A stretch of DNA of 64,000 nt from Myxococcales bacterium (GTDB lineage Bacteria; Myxococcota_A; UBA9042): NCBI GenBank assembly GCA_037441385.1, contig JBBISH010000001.1:32001-96000 (forward strand), given 5' to 3'. Below, piece after piece: positions 49,894 through 59,908 of the stretch; positions within the stretch are counted from its first letter, which is position 1; every line of letters begins with the position of its first letter. The position numbers and the translations under genes are program-made. The notes beneath the pieces were generated by a model. That model did no database searches, was not told the DNA's origin, and saw nothing but the letters and a program-made list of their open reading frames with translations.

Positions 49894-50553
49894 ATGCTGG
49901 GTTGGCTGGCCCTGATGGTCCTGCAAGTGGCGGCGGCAGAACGGGTTCACCCCGGCGCTGAGCCGCTGGGCGCCCAAGATGCACCGTACGTCCTAGACGG
50001 CGTGCCGCGCTGGATCCCAGGCAAGGGGCCCCTGCACTGCCCCAAAGTGCCTCTGACCCTCTACCGTGGCCAGTCGCTCAAGTATGCCGGCGCGGTGATG
50101 GTCCATCCGGAATTCGCCAAGCACTTGGCCCTGTTCGAAGAAGTCGCGCGCGACACGGCCATCGAGGTCTACGGCCGCGCCCCCAAGGCGATCCGCCACC
50201 TGGGCACGCTCAACTGCCGCCGCATCCGCACCTGGCCCGAGCTGCTGTCCGAGCACGGCCTAGGCAATGGCATCGACGTCGCCGGTTTTGACCTGCCCGC
50301 GCTGGGCAAAGGCGATCCGCACTACGCCAGTACGCCGGTGGCATTGCGCGGACCGCTCCAAATCCGGCTGGCACAGCACTGGCAAGGCGGCGCCAGCGAA
50401 ACGGCCAAGGCCCACGCGCACTTCCTGCACTTGCTGGCGCAGCGCCTGACCGATCGCAAAGACATCTTCCGCGTGCTGCTGGGCCCGGCCTACCCCGGCC
50501 ACAAAGACCACTTCCACTTCGATTGTGCGCCCTGGCGCCTGGTCACGATCTAG
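49894..50553 (+). CDS. Extensin-like C-terminal domain protein (M15-like)
   Basis: NCRRI, SEHGLGNGIDVAGF, LGPAYPGHKDHFHFD; GGAGG RBS. Confidence 0.85.
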   Translation: MLGWLALMVLQVAAAERVHPGAEPLGAQDAPYVLDGVPRWIPGKGPLHCPKVPLTLYRGQSLKYAGAVMVHPEFAKHLALFEEVARDTAIEVYGRAPKAIRHLGTLNCRRIRTWPELLSEHGLGNGIDVAGFDLPALGKGDPHYASTPVALRGPLQIRLAQHWQGGASETAKAHAHFLHLLAQRLTDRKDIFRVLLGPAYPGHKDHFHFDCAPWRLVTI

Positions 50554-50596
50554 CGAACGTTCAGGCAACTGCGTACCATCCAGGGCGAGGTGACCC

Positions 50597-51301
50597 ATGC
50601 CGTGGTTGTTCGATCCACCTGCCCCGCCCTCGCTGGCCATCGCCGGCCGCCCCGAGCGGCTGCCGGTGCGGCGCATCTGGTGCGTTGGGCGCAATTATCG
50701 CGCGCATATTCAAGAGATGGGTGGTGATCCGCAACGTGATACACCTATTTTCTTCGCCAAACCTGCTGATGCGATTCTACAAATATCAAGTGGAACCCTG
50801 GGTCAGCTCCCCTACCCGCCTCGCACCAACGATTTCCACTACGAGGCAGAACTGGTCATTGCTATTGGCCGTTTTGGCCGATCGATCGCGCCCGAGGTCG
50901 CCTTGGACCACGTGTTGGGCTACGCAGTGGGCCTGGACATGACCCGCCGCGATGCCCAGCGCGCCGCCAAGGCGACGGGCGGACCGTGGGAACTAGCCAA
51001 ATCCTTTGATGATTCGGCGGTGATTGGCGATCTGCACTTGGCCAGCGAGGTCGGGCATCGCCACCAGGGCCGGCTGAGCCTGGCGGTGGACGGAGTGGCC
51101 AAGCAGAACGCCGATCTGGCCGAAATGATCTGGAATGTTCCCCTCATCGTCGCGCACTTGTCGCAATGGGTCGCGATCGCTCCGGGCGACCTGATCTACA
51201 CGGGCACGCCCGAAGGAGTGGGCGCCGTGGTGCCCGGCCAGCGCATGTACGCCTCGATCGACGGCTTGGGCAGCCTGGCCGTAGAGGTGGTGTCCCCTTG
51301 A
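50597..51301 (+). CDS. Fumarylacetoacetate hydrolase family protein
   Basis: CVGRNY, FFAKP, HYEAEL, DMTRRD, GDLIYTGTPEGVG. Confidence 0.95.
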   Translation: MPWLFDPPAPPSLAIAGRPERLPVRRIWCVGRNYRAHIQEMGGDPQRDTPIFFAKPADAILQISSGTLGQLPYPPRTNDFHYEAELVIAIGRFGRSIAPEVALDHVLGYAVGLDMTRRDAQRAAKATGGPWELAKSFDDSAVIGDLHLASEVGHRHQGRLSLAVDGVAKQNADLAEMIWNVPLIVAHLSQWVAIAPGDLIYTGTPEGVGAVVPGQRMYASIDGLGSLAVEVVSP

Positions 51302-51825
51302 GCCACTGGACGCCCTTGCCGAATGCGACGTTCGCCGCCCTCGACTTCGAGACGGCCGACCGGCACAGCGACAGCGCCTGCGCCATCGGGCTGGCGTTGG
51401 TGCAAAACGGCGAGGTGGTGCGCGTGTTGCACCGGCATATCCGTCCGCCGCGCAACAGCTTTGAGCACAGCTGGGTGCACGGCATCACCTGGGACGACGT
51501 GCGCGAAGCCCCCACGTTTGGCGAGCTCTGGCCCGAGATCGCATCGTTCCTGCAGGGTTGCGAGTTCCTGGTCGCGCACAACGCCGGCTTCGAGCGGCGC
51601 GTGCTGACCACCTGCCTGGGCGCCGTGGGCTTGGCCCTGCCCAGTCAGCCGATCCACTGCACCGTGCAGTTGGCCAAGCGCACCTGGCCGATTCCCAAAC
51701 ACAATCTGCCCAGTGTGTGCGCCCACCTGGGCATTGCGCTGCGCCACCACGACGCGGCATCCGACGCCGAAGCCTGCGCGCGCATCGTGCTGGCGGCGGC
51801 CCGGCAAGGCGAAGGCACACCATGA
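51298..51825 (+). CDS. DEDDh 3'-5' exonuclease (DnaQ-like)
   Basis: LDFETA, VHGIT, AHNAGFE, HHDAASDA. Confidence 0.92.
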   Translation: MSHWTPLPNATFAALDFETADRHSDSACAIGLALVQNGEVVRVLHRHIRPPRNSFEHSWVHGITWDDVREAPTFGELWPEIASFLQGCEFLVAHNAGFERRVLTTCLGAVGLALPSQPIHCTVQLAKRTWPIPKHNLPSVCAHLGIALRHHDAASDAEACARIVLAAARQGEGTP

Positions 51826-54362
51826 AGGTTCGGTTGACATTGCCTGTTCTTGCCGCGCTCGCCGGGCTCGGCATGGCCTGCGGCGGCCAGGGCGATCCGG
51901 AATATTCCAGCGACGGTATCCTGCACAGTGACAGCGGGGCCGCCGAGACCACGGCCGCGTCCATCTTGGAACCCAGCGATGGTATGTGGTTTTCGTTCAC
52001 GCCCGCCACCAGTCGCATCGCGATCCTGCGCGGCCAGACCCAAGTGCTGGCGGTCGCCGATCCAAGCAACCTGGGGCTGGCCGTGCGCATGGCAATGCCC
52101 AAAGTGCAGTTCAAGTTTGGCTCGTTCCTGTTCGACGACAGCGGCGCTGCGCCGTGGCAGGCCGTAACCAAGCTCGAGTTGCAGGGAAGTGCTGAAAACA
52201 TTGCCTGGTTTTCGGCTACCGGCCCTGGCGGCTCGCCGCTGGGCACGCTGCGTTTGACCGTGGAGTCGGCCAGCCAGGCGCGCCTGATCTTCGAGCCGAC
52301 CAGCGACTTCAACCAGACCACGATCGCCTGGAATTGCGAGACCAAAGAGCACTTTGTGGGCTTTGGCGGTCAAGGCTTCGACGTGGACCACCGCGGCCAT
52401 CGCCTGGACCTGTGGGTCAGCGAAGACGGCATCGGCAAGCTCCCAGGCGAAGAGGCGCCGCCGCTGTGGTTCGTCAACGGCAAGCGCGATCAAAGCCACA
52501 CGCCCATGCCGCTTTTCGTGTCCAGCCGCGACTACGGGGCCCTGTTGCGCTCGGACTACCGGGTGCTGGTCGATGTGTGCAAGGCGGATCCCAAGCTGCT
52601 GCGCTGGGAAAACCAAGGCGGCAAGCTCGACGTGACGGTAGTGGCCGCCACCGGGCCGCAAGCGGTCAATAGCAATCTGGCCGGCGTGCTGGGGACACCG
52701 CGGATGCTGCCGGGCTTTGCGCTCATGCCGTGGCTCGACGCGATCTACGGCAACGGCAACGTGCTGCGCGTCGCCAAGAAGCTCAAGGACTTGCAGATCC
52801 CGGCCAGCGCCATCTGGAGCGAGGACTGGCGGGGCGGCACCGCCACCGGCGAGGACTACACCCTGGACGAGGATTGGAAGGCCGACGGCAAGCTCTACCC
52901 AAACATGCCAGATCTTTCTAAACAGTTACACGATCTTGGGTTCAAGTTCTTGACGTACAACAACACGTTTATCACTCAAGATGCAGATATTTGGAAGGAA
53001 TCTACCGACGCCGGCTATGCCATCAAAGATAGCACTGGCAAGCCCTACACGTTCATCGGCGGCAAATTCGTGCCCGCCACCCTGCTCGACCTGGATAACC
53101 CAGATGCGGCCAAGTGGGCCAAGCAGGTCTATGCCACCGGGCTCGAGGCCGGTGCCGACGGCTGGATGGCCGACTTTTGCGAGTGGCTGCCCACCGACGC
53201 GGTGACGGCCGCCGGCTCGGGCTGGAATCGCCACCAGGGCTATCCGGTGCAATACCAGAAGCTCAATCAAGAGTTGCTGGATGCTTGGGCCGCCAAGGAT
53301 GGCCGCGAGCGCGTCACGTTCGTGCGCTCAGCTTGGCTGGGCTCGCAGCCGCTGGTGCAGGTGATGTGGGGCGGCGACCAGCAGACCGACTTCTCGGCCG
53401 GCGACGGCCTGCCCAGCGTCGTGCCGATTGGCCTGGGCCTGGGCGTGGCTGGGTTCCCGTATTTTGGTTCGGATATCGCCGGGTATGCCTCGGCCGGGAC
53501 CGTGCCGACCGACAAGGAGCTGTTCTTCCGCTGGGTACCGCTGGCCGCGCTGACCCCCGTGTTCCGCACCCACCACGGCAAGCTGGCGCAGGCCAACTGG
53601 CAGTGGGAGCACGACGATGAAACCACAGCGCACTTCAAGCGTTGGGCCACGTTGCACACCCAGCTATTCCCCTACCTGTGGATGCTGGCGCAGTCCCCCG
53701 AAGTGGCCATGATGCGGCCGCTGGCCTGGCAATTCCCAGCGTTTGAACCAGGTTGGACGCGCACGGATCAATACATGCTGGGCGACCGTATCGCCGTGGC
53801 ACCGGTCGTGACCAAGGGCGCGCTCAACCGCAAGCTGGATCTGCCGCCGATCCAGTGGTTCCCGCTGCTGCCGCCGTGGGCCAAGCCCGGTACCACCGTG
53901 GCCGAGACGCCGCTACAGGGCGGCACCGACCTGGCCGTGGACGTGTCGCTGACCGAAATTGCCGCCTTTGTGCAGGCGGGTACGCTGCTGCCCCTGCTGC
54001 CCGCGGGGAGCGAAGCGGCGTGGGCCGACAGCTTGGGCCGAATGAGCGCGCCGCAAGCCTGGAAGACCGCGCCCGTGGGCGTAGAGCTGTGGATCTGGCC
54101 GGGGCCCAAGGGCACCCACTCGGCCGCCCAGTACGGCACCGGCGACAGCCAATCCAGCTACCAGTGGGACGGCAGCCAATGGACCGGGGCTTGCAAGTCC
54201 GCGACGTTCAACGGCAAGCCCGCCGCCATCGTCAGCGGCGCCGTGGAACTGCAAGGGGTGGGCACCTTGGTCCTAGACGACACCGGCACACTGCAGATCG
54301 GCGGCGGCGCCAACAACCCCGAGGTGGCCAAGCGCGTGCGCGTCGTCTGCCGGGGCCATTGA
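51822..54362 (+). CDS. Glycoside hydrolase family 31 lipoprotein
   Basis: Lipobox GMAC; GWMADFCE nucleophile, WGGDQ acid/base, GSDIAGY, FRTHHG. Confidence 0.9.
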   Translation: MKVRLTLPVLAALAGLGMACGGQGDPEYSSDGILHSDSGAAETTAASILEPSDGMWFSFTPATSRIAILRGQTQVLAVADPSNLGLAVRMAMPKVQFKFGSFLFDDSGAAPWQAVTKLELQGSAENIAWFSATGPGGSPLGTLRLTVESASQARLIFEPTSDFNQTTIAWNCETKEHFVGFGGQGFDVDHRGHRLDLWVSEDGIGKLPGEEAPPLWFVNGKRDQSHTPMPLFVSSRDYGALLRSDYRVLVDVCKADPKLLRWENQGGKLDVTVVAATGPQAVNSNLAGVLGTPRMLPGFALMPWLDAIYGNGNVLRVAKKLKDLQIPASAIWSEDWRGGTATGEDYTLDEDWKADGKLYPNMPDLSKQLHDLGFKFLTYNNTFITQDADIWKESTDAGYAIKDSTGKPYTFIGGKFVPATLLDLDNPDAAKWAKQVYATGLEAGADGWMADFCEWLPTDAVTAAGSGWNRHQGYPVQYQKLNQELLDAWAAKDGRERVTFVRSAWLGSQPLVQVMWGGDQQTDFSAGDGLPSVVPIGLGLGVAGFPYFGSDIAGYASAGTVPTDKELFFRWVPLAALTPVFRTHHGKLAQANWQWEHDDETTAHFKRWATLHTQLFPYLWMLAQSPEVAMMRPLAWQFPAFEPGWTRTDQYMLGDRIAVAPVVTKGALNRKLDLPPIQWFPLLPPWAKPGTTVAETPLQGGTDLAVDVSLTEIAAFVQAGTLLPLLPAGSEAAWADSLGRMSAPQAWKTAPVGVELWIWPGPKGTHSAAQYGTGDSQSSYQWDGSQWTGACKSATFNGKPAAIVSGAVELQGVGTLVLDDTGTLQIGGGANNPEVAKRVRVVCRGH

Positions 54363-55138
54363 CCGTGGCCGATCGCCCGCCCAACCGCATGGACTGGCCA
54401 CCCGGCCATGTGCCGCTCGAGCGCGCCCTCTCCAAGCTGGGCCTGGCCAGCCGCACGCAAGCCCGTGCCTGGATTAGCGAAGGCCGCGTGACCGTTGGCG
54501 GCCTGGTGGTGCGCGACCCGCAGCTGCCCGTGGTGCCCGAGCGGATCCAAGTCCAGATCGATCAGGCGCCGGTAGCACAAAACGCCCTGATCCTGCTGGC
54601 CTATCACAAACCGCGTGGCCTGCTGGTCACCCGCGACGACCCGCAGGGCCGGCCGACCATCTACAGCGAGCTGGGCGAAAAGGTGCACGGCGTGCAGGCC
54701 GTCGGGCGGTTGGATCAGGCGACCAGCGGCCTGCTGCTGCTGACCAACGACACACAACTGGCCAATCTACTTCTGGATCCGCGATCGCGGGTCACGCGGC
54801 GCTACCTGGTCGAAGTGCGCGGTTTGGCGGGCCCCGATCTGCCGGCGCGGCTCGTGCAGGGGGTGATCGACGACGGCGAACGGCTTGCCGCGGACGCCGT
54901 GACGATCAAGAAAGCGTCGCGGCGCGAGAGCCAGTTGCTGCTTGACCTGTGCGAGGGCAAGAATCGCGAGGTGCGGCGCCTGCTTGCGGCGTGTGGGCAC
55001 CCGGTGCAACGCTTGCTGCGGATCGCCTACGGCTCCATCGCGCTGGGCTCGCTGCAGCCGGGCCAGTTGCGGACAGAAGACATCGAGGCGGTCCGAAGCT
55101 GGCTGCAGCAAGAACCCGCAAGTCGGCCTTCAGCCTAG
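54359..55138 (+). CDS. RsuA/RluB family pseudouridine synthase with S4 domain
   Basis: LSKLGLASR, HKPRG, VGRLDQATSGLLLLTND, EGKNREVRR. Confidence 0.93.
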   Translation: MTVADRPPNRMDWPPGHVPLERALSKLGLASRTQARAWISEGRVTVGGLVVRDPQLPVVPERIQVQIDQAPVAQNALILLAYHKPRGLLVTRDDPQGRPTIYSELGEKVHGVQAVGRLDQATSGLLLLTNDTQLANLLLDPRSRVTRRYLVEVRGLAGPDLPARLVQGVIDDGERLAADAVTIKKASRRESQLLLDLCEGKNREVRRLLAACGHPVQRLLRIAYGSIALGSLQPGQLRTEDIEAVRSWLQQEPASRPSA

Positions 55139-56254
55139 TCTTTCCTTCAACCACTCGGCCGCATAGGCCCAAACCTGGGTTGGGGCATGGCGACCGGCCA
55201 TCACCCCCATGTGCCCACCCGGCACCTCGCGGAAGGTCGTGTCGCTCGTCCCCAGCACACCCAGCACCTCGCGCGCAGCCGCAGGTGGGACGATCTTGTC
55301 CGTCTTGCCGGCAAAAGCCAGGACCGGGCAGGTGATGTCGCGCAAATTGGCTGTCTTGTCGCCAAATTGCATGGTGCCCTGCATGAGCTTGTTGTCCTTG
55401 ACAAAGTCGCCCAGCAACTGACGGAACGCGTCGCCGGGATAGTCGACGAAGTGCGAAGTCCAGGCCGTGACCCCGTCAAAACCATTGACGAAATCGTCGT
55501 TCCACAGGTTCAGGAACAGGTCGGTGTAGCGGGTAACCGAGCCAATCGGGTTGGTCATACGGAACGCCGTAGCCGACAGCCCGCCCGGCACGTTGCCCAG
55601 CCGCCGGCTGATGGCGTCGATCTGCGCGTGGCCATGGCGCACGAACACGTTGAGCAGGCTCATCTTTTGCGCGTCGATCGGCGAGCCAATCGTGACGATG
55701 GCGCGCACGCGCGGGTCCTTGTGCACCGCCGTGTGGAACAGCGCGAACAGGCCGCCCTGGCAATAGCCCAGCAACGCCAAGTCGATGGATTGACTGATCT
55801 CCAAGGTGCGGTCGATGGCAAATGGCACCCAGTCCAGCACATAGTCGTCCAGCGTCACGTTCTGGTGCTCCTTGCCGGGCGCGCCAAAATCCAGCAAAAA
55901 CACGTCGAAACCGGCCCGCAAGAAGGTGCGCACCAGGCTGCGGCGCGGCGCCAAGTCGTAGATCCACGGCTGGACCATCAGCGGCGGGATGAGCAGCACC
56001 GGCACGGGCCGGCGCGGAGCCTCGATGCGCACAGTGGTACGGCCAATCTCCAAGTCCTCGTCCTGCAGCAGCGGCCGGTAGTGCCGCAGGGTGACAAGTG
56101 CGCGGCGGCCCACCACGTCGTAGGGCGTGCGGTCGACCACATCGGCGGGATCGCGCTGCAACCATTCGATACCGTTGACGAACCCCGTGGCCGCCCGCAC
56201 GGCAGTCCGCTCGATCTTGGCCAAGCTGCGCCGACCCGAGGGAGTGCGACTCAT
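55130..56254 (-). CDS. Class III PhaC-like PHA synthase / alpha-beta hydrolase
   Basis: IYDL.P..SLV, GYCQGG Cys lipase box, DKIVP, GGHMG. Confidence 0.8.
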   Translation of the reverse strand: MSRTPSGRRSLAKIERTAVRAATGFVNGIEWLQRDPADVVDRTPYDVVGRRALVTLRHYRPLLQDEDLEIGRTTVRIEAPRRPVPVLLIPPLMVQPWIYDLAPRRSLVRTFLRAGFDVFLLDFGAPGKEHQNVTLDDYVLDWVPFAIDRTLEISQSIDLALLGYCQGGLFALFHTAVHKDPRVRAIVTIGSPIDAQKMSLLNVFVRHGHAQIDAISRRLGNVPGGLSATAFRMTNPIGSVTRYTDLFLNLWNDDFVNGFDGVTAWTSHFVDYPGDAFRQLLGDFVKDNKLMQGTMQFGDKTANLRDITCPVLAFAGKTDKIVPPAAAREVLGVLGTSDTTFREVPGGHMGVMAGRHAPTQVWAYAAEWLKERLG

Positions 56255-56423
56255 GCTGCTTCCTTCCGTGCGACCACAGCGGGTCCGCCCGGCCAGCATA
56301 GCCCGCAGGCGCCCGTGTGTCGAAAACGCGGCAGCGGAATCGCGGGAGTTGCGCTGTCGTCCCGCGCGGTTGTCGCGCAGCACCGAGCAGAGTATCCTGG
56401 CCGAAACGGCGCGAGAGGTGGCG

Positions 56424-56576
56424 ATGCAGTCCAAGAAATTCAAATGGTTGGCATGGTTGACCACCTTGGTTCTGGATGTCGTGCCCCATTGCGGCGGCTA
56501 CCAGCGCCCCATGCCCGTCGAGCGGCCGGCCCAGAGCGAGGCCGGCGCAGACACCACCGGTAGTAGCGCGCGGTGA
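56424..56576 (+). CDS. Putative 50-aa small protein
   Basis: GAGAGG RBS, ATG, basic/hydrophobic N-terminus; stop overlaps the next start (GTGA). Confidence 0.45.
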   Translation: MQSKKFKWLAWLTTLVLDVVPHCGGYQRPMPVERPAQSEAGADTTGSSAR

Positions 56577-56959
56577 TCGACGGCACCTACCTGTTGTGGT
56601 GGCTGGGCGCCTTTACCGCGACCCAGATCATCGAAGCGCCGATTTACAAGCGATTTTGCCTGCCCGGCGGCTGGTGGCCGGCGCTGCAGCCCAGCGCTAT
56701 CACCCACCCGCTGCTCTGGTTCGTGCTGACGCCGGCGTGGAATCACCTGCGCTGGCCCATCGCCGACCTCATCGGCCGCGGCGCACCAGAGCGACTCGAT
56801 AATCCAGCGACTTGGCTGATGGAGGTCGCCATCACCGTCTTCGAGGGCTGGTGGCTCAAGCGCCTGGGCGGCCGCGACCCGTTTTTGTGGGCGCTGGTGG
56901 GCAACGCCGCCAGCTACGGCTTTGGCGAAGTGCTCTACGCGGTGCTCGGGCTGAACTAG
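56573..56959 (+). CDS. Small integral membrane protein
   Basis: Four hydrophobic segments, TQIIEAP, ITHP, NAASY. Confidence 0.7.
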   Translation: MIDGTYLLWWLGAFTATQIIEAPIYKRFCLPGGWWPALQPSAITHPLLWFVLTPAWNHLRWPIADLIGRGAPERLDNPATWLMEVAITVFEGWWLKRLGGRDPFLWALVGNAASYGFGEVLYAVLGLN

Positions 56960-56967
56960 ATGTTTGT

Positions 56968-58065
56968 CTAGTACTGCGACCTTCCCAACAACCTACCGCG
57001 CGCCGCGTGGTCGTGAACCCCTTTGCTCACAGTCAGTTGGCTGCCAGCCGCCCGACCCGCAGCCAGCGCCGACGAGTGCGCCACCCCGGCCCGGCCCGTG
57101 CTCACCAACCGCGGATAGCGCTCGCGGGCATAAGCCGCTAGGCCCGGATCGCCCAGCCACACCAACCCGCGCGCCCGGCTGACGTTGCGTTCGGCGCGGA
57201 GCTTGTCGCGAAAGCCCATGAGTACGCCGGCTTTGAACTCGCGCTTGCTCGACCGATCGCTGGACCACAGGCCCGTCTGCGACCGTTGCCACAACGCTTC
57301 GCACTCGCGGTGCAAGAAATCGTGGACGTAGTGCGCCAGTTCCAGGTTCGTCTCGCTGCCCATGATCTCTAGCTGACGCTGGCTCTGATCGCGGCGCGCG
57401 TCGTAGGTCGAGACCCAGATGCACTCGACAAAGAAGAATTCCGACAAGATCGCCGCCACCAGCTTGGCCGACACGTCAAAGGCGCCAGCGGCCTTGCCCA
57501 ACAGCCGCGCCTGATACAGCTCTTCTCCCTGACGCACGACGTGCTGCAAATTATGCTCTAATAGCAGCTTGTTGGCCGCCGCCATCGCCGCTTCGGCCTC
57601 GTGCACGTTGTCGTTGTTGGCCAGCGCCAGCAGCTTCTGCACGCGCGCCAGGATCTTGCCGGTCTCGGTCGAAGTGGCGCCGTCGCGCGGCGCGGTCGCG
57701 CGGGGCGAGGTCTGCAACCGGCGGCAGGTCTGGGCAAAGGCCGGTCCGTGCGAGGTCTCGTCCGTGATCTTCAGTACTTCTGAGACATACTGATGGGCTA
57801 TCTCGTGCCGCAGCGTCGCCCGCACCTCGTGCCACGGCGCGCGCAGGATGTGCATCTCGCTGATCGACAGGGTCCTTGTGGTTGGCTGCCACTGCCCCAG
57901 GCGCGCTTCGGGACCCACGTCGATGGCAAACACGGGCAATTGCAGGGCTTTGTCCAAGTAGTGATCGTTGGCCGACAGCCACTCGCTCTTGAGACGCCGC
58001 AGCCACGCCGGGTGCAGCTTGGCCCGCACCTCTGGAAAAAGACCTGCAGTTCTGCCCTCAGCCAT
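56968..58065 (-). CDS. SprT-like Zn metalloprotease fused to DUF2786-like domain
   Basis: LRHEIAHQ...[14 protein letters not shown]...EAEAA...A.KLL. Confidence 0.85.
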   Translation of the reverse strand: MAEGRTAGLFPEVRAKLHPAWLRRLKSEWLSANDHYLDKALQLPVFAIDVGPEARLGQWQPTTRTLSISEMHILRAPWHEVRATLRHEIAHQYVSEVLKITDETSHGPAFAQTCRRLQTSPRATAPRDGATSTETGKILARVQKLLALANNDNVHEAEAAMAAANKLLLEHNLQHVVRQGEELYQARLLGKAAGAFDVSAKLVAAILSEFFFVECIWVSTYDARRDQSQRQLEIMGSETNLELAHYVHDFLHRECEALWQRSQTGLWSSDRSSKREFKAGVLMGFRDKLRAERNVSRARGLVWLGDPGLAAYARERYPRLVSTGRAGVAHSSALAAGRAAGSQLTVSKGVHDHAARGRLLGRSQY

Positions 58066-58181
58066 CGCCACCTCGCCCGCGATTTTGCCGGTTGGTCGCC
58101 GCCTATTGCAAGGCCGGACACCCTGCCCTAGGCTTTTGCGTCCCGGCGGCCTGCCCGCTCCTCCGCCGGCAAAGGTCGGGG

Positions 58182-59063
58182 ATGGCAATCAAACCGTTGA
58201 AAAAGCTGCGTCTTCAGGGTTTCAACAACCTGACCAAGACGCTCAGCTTCAACATGTACGACATCTGCTACGCCCGCAGCGAGGCCCACCGCGCGGCCTA
58301 CATCCGCTACATCGACGAGGCGTACAACGCCGAGCGCCTGACGCAGATCCTGCTGAATGTATGTCGCATCATCGGCGCGCATGTGTTGAACATTGCTCGC
58401 GAAGACTACGATCCCCAGGGCGCCAGCGTAACCATGCTGATCGCCGAGGACGAGATCGTCGGCAAGACCCTGTCGCTCGAAGACGTGGACGACGAGACGC
58501 CGGGGCCGCTGCCGGGCGCCATCCCTCTGTCGCAAGTCACGCGCGACGGCGTGGAACTGCCCAAGAAAAAAGAGTCTGTGGTCGCGCACTTGGACAAGTC
58601 GCACATCACCGTGCACACCTATCCAGAGAGCCACCCGGACAACGGCATCGCCACCTTCCGCGCCGACATCGACGTATCGACCTGCGGCCGGATTTCGCCA
58701 TTGCGCGCGCTGAATTACCTGCTGCACAGCTTCGAGAGCGACATCGTCACCATCGACTACCGCGTGCGCGGCTTCACCCGCGACGTCGAGGGCAAGAAGT
58801 TCTTCATCGACCACAAGATCAACTCGATCCAGAACTTCATCACCAAGGAGCAGCGCAACCGCTACCAACTGATCGACGTCAACGTCTACCAAGAAAACAT
58901 CTTCCATACCAAGATGTTGCTGAAGGACTTGGACCTGTCGAACTACGTGTTTGGCAGCGACGTGGACAAGCTGGACGACGCCGAAGCCGCGACCGTGCGC
59001 AAGCGCCTGCACAAAGAGATGCTCGAGATCTTCTACGGCCGGCGACTCAAGAAAGGCGCCTAA
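58182..59063 (+). CDS. speD: S-adenosylmethionine decarboxylase proenzyme
   Basis: [37 protein letters not shown]. Confidence 0.97.
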   Translation: MAIKPLKKLRLQGFNNLTKTLSFNMYDICYARSEAHRAAYIRYIDEAYNAERLTQILLNVCRIIGAHVLNIAREDYDPQGASVTMLIAEDEIVGKTLSLEDVDDETPGPLPGAIPLSQVTRDGVELPKKKESVVAHLDKSHITVHTYPESHPDNGIATFRADIDVSTCGRISPLRALNYLLHSFESDIVTIDYRVRGFTRDVEGKKFFIDHKINSIQNFITKEQRNRYQLIDVNVYQENIFHTKMLLKDLDLSNYVFGSDVDKLDDAEAATVRKRLHKEMLEIFYGRRLKKGA

Positions 59064-59069
59064 TTCCGG

Positions 59070-59720
59070 TCACTTCTTGTCGCGAATCACCGCACCCAGG
59101 CCGTCCAGCCGCACCAGCGTCATCGCTTCCTTCACGCTGGCCGGGTCGAAGGGCTGCCCCTGCTCTTGCGCTTCGTGTTCTTTGACCTTGATGGTCTGCT
59201 CCAGGGTCAGCGGCATCTTGCGCACCTGACCTTCTGCGACCGCCCACTTGCCGATCGCCGACACCGGGAAGGTCATCAGCCCATCGGTGACCTTGAACTT
59301 CATGGTTTGGCCCGGCTTTTCGCCCTTCATTGCAAACCAGCAGCCGCGCATGCGGCAGACATCTTCAACCTCGCCTTCTACGCGAACCCGCTTGCCCGCG
59401 TAGGCATCGGGATTGGCGAGCAAGGCGTCGATCGACACGGTCTCGGTCAAGGTCACACCTTGGCCAAACTTGTCGCCGGCCAGCGCCAGCTCGGGCCCGT
59501 GTTCAGCGGCCACCTTGGGGTCGATGTTGGTGGCGCAGGCCGGGTTGTCGCCGTGCCCGCAGGCCGGTGCCGCTGTGGTGGTGGCCACGGTCGGGGCGGT
59601 CACCGCGGCTGCGGCAGGCGTTGGTGCACCAGGGGCCAATGCCGGGGCGGCGACGGGCGGCTCGGCCTTGGCGCAGGCGACGGCAGACAAAAGCAGACAC
59701 ACGATGGACAATTTCTTCAT
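59070..59720 (-). CDS. DUF4920-like OB-fold lipoprotein
   Basis: Lipobox AVAC; VRVEGEVEDVCRMRGCW. Confidence 0.85.
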   Translation of the reverse strand: MKKLSIVCLLLSAVACAKAEPPVAAPALAPGAPTPAAAAVTAPTVATTTAAPACGHGDNPACATNIDPKVAAEHGPELALAGDKFGQGVTLTETVSIDALLANPDAYAGKRVRVEGEVEDVCRMRGCWFAMKGEKPGQTMKFKVTDGLMTFPVSAIGKWAVAEGQVRKMPLTLEQTIKVKEHEAQEQGQPFDPASVKEAMTLVRLDGLGAVIRDKK

Positions 59721-59908
59721 GTAAAGTAGTCCGCGGCGGCTCGCAGGACCGCCCAAAGCGGCCGCAGTGTAGCATTGCCTGCGCCCAGCGGCACGGCGTT
59801 TTCTGGCGCACGAGATCGCGCTAAACAGAGCGGTGAACAATTCCTGCGCGCCGCGCGTCGTGGTATGGTGGCTGTTTCTGGGCGGCATACCTGCCCTTGG
59901 ACCATACG

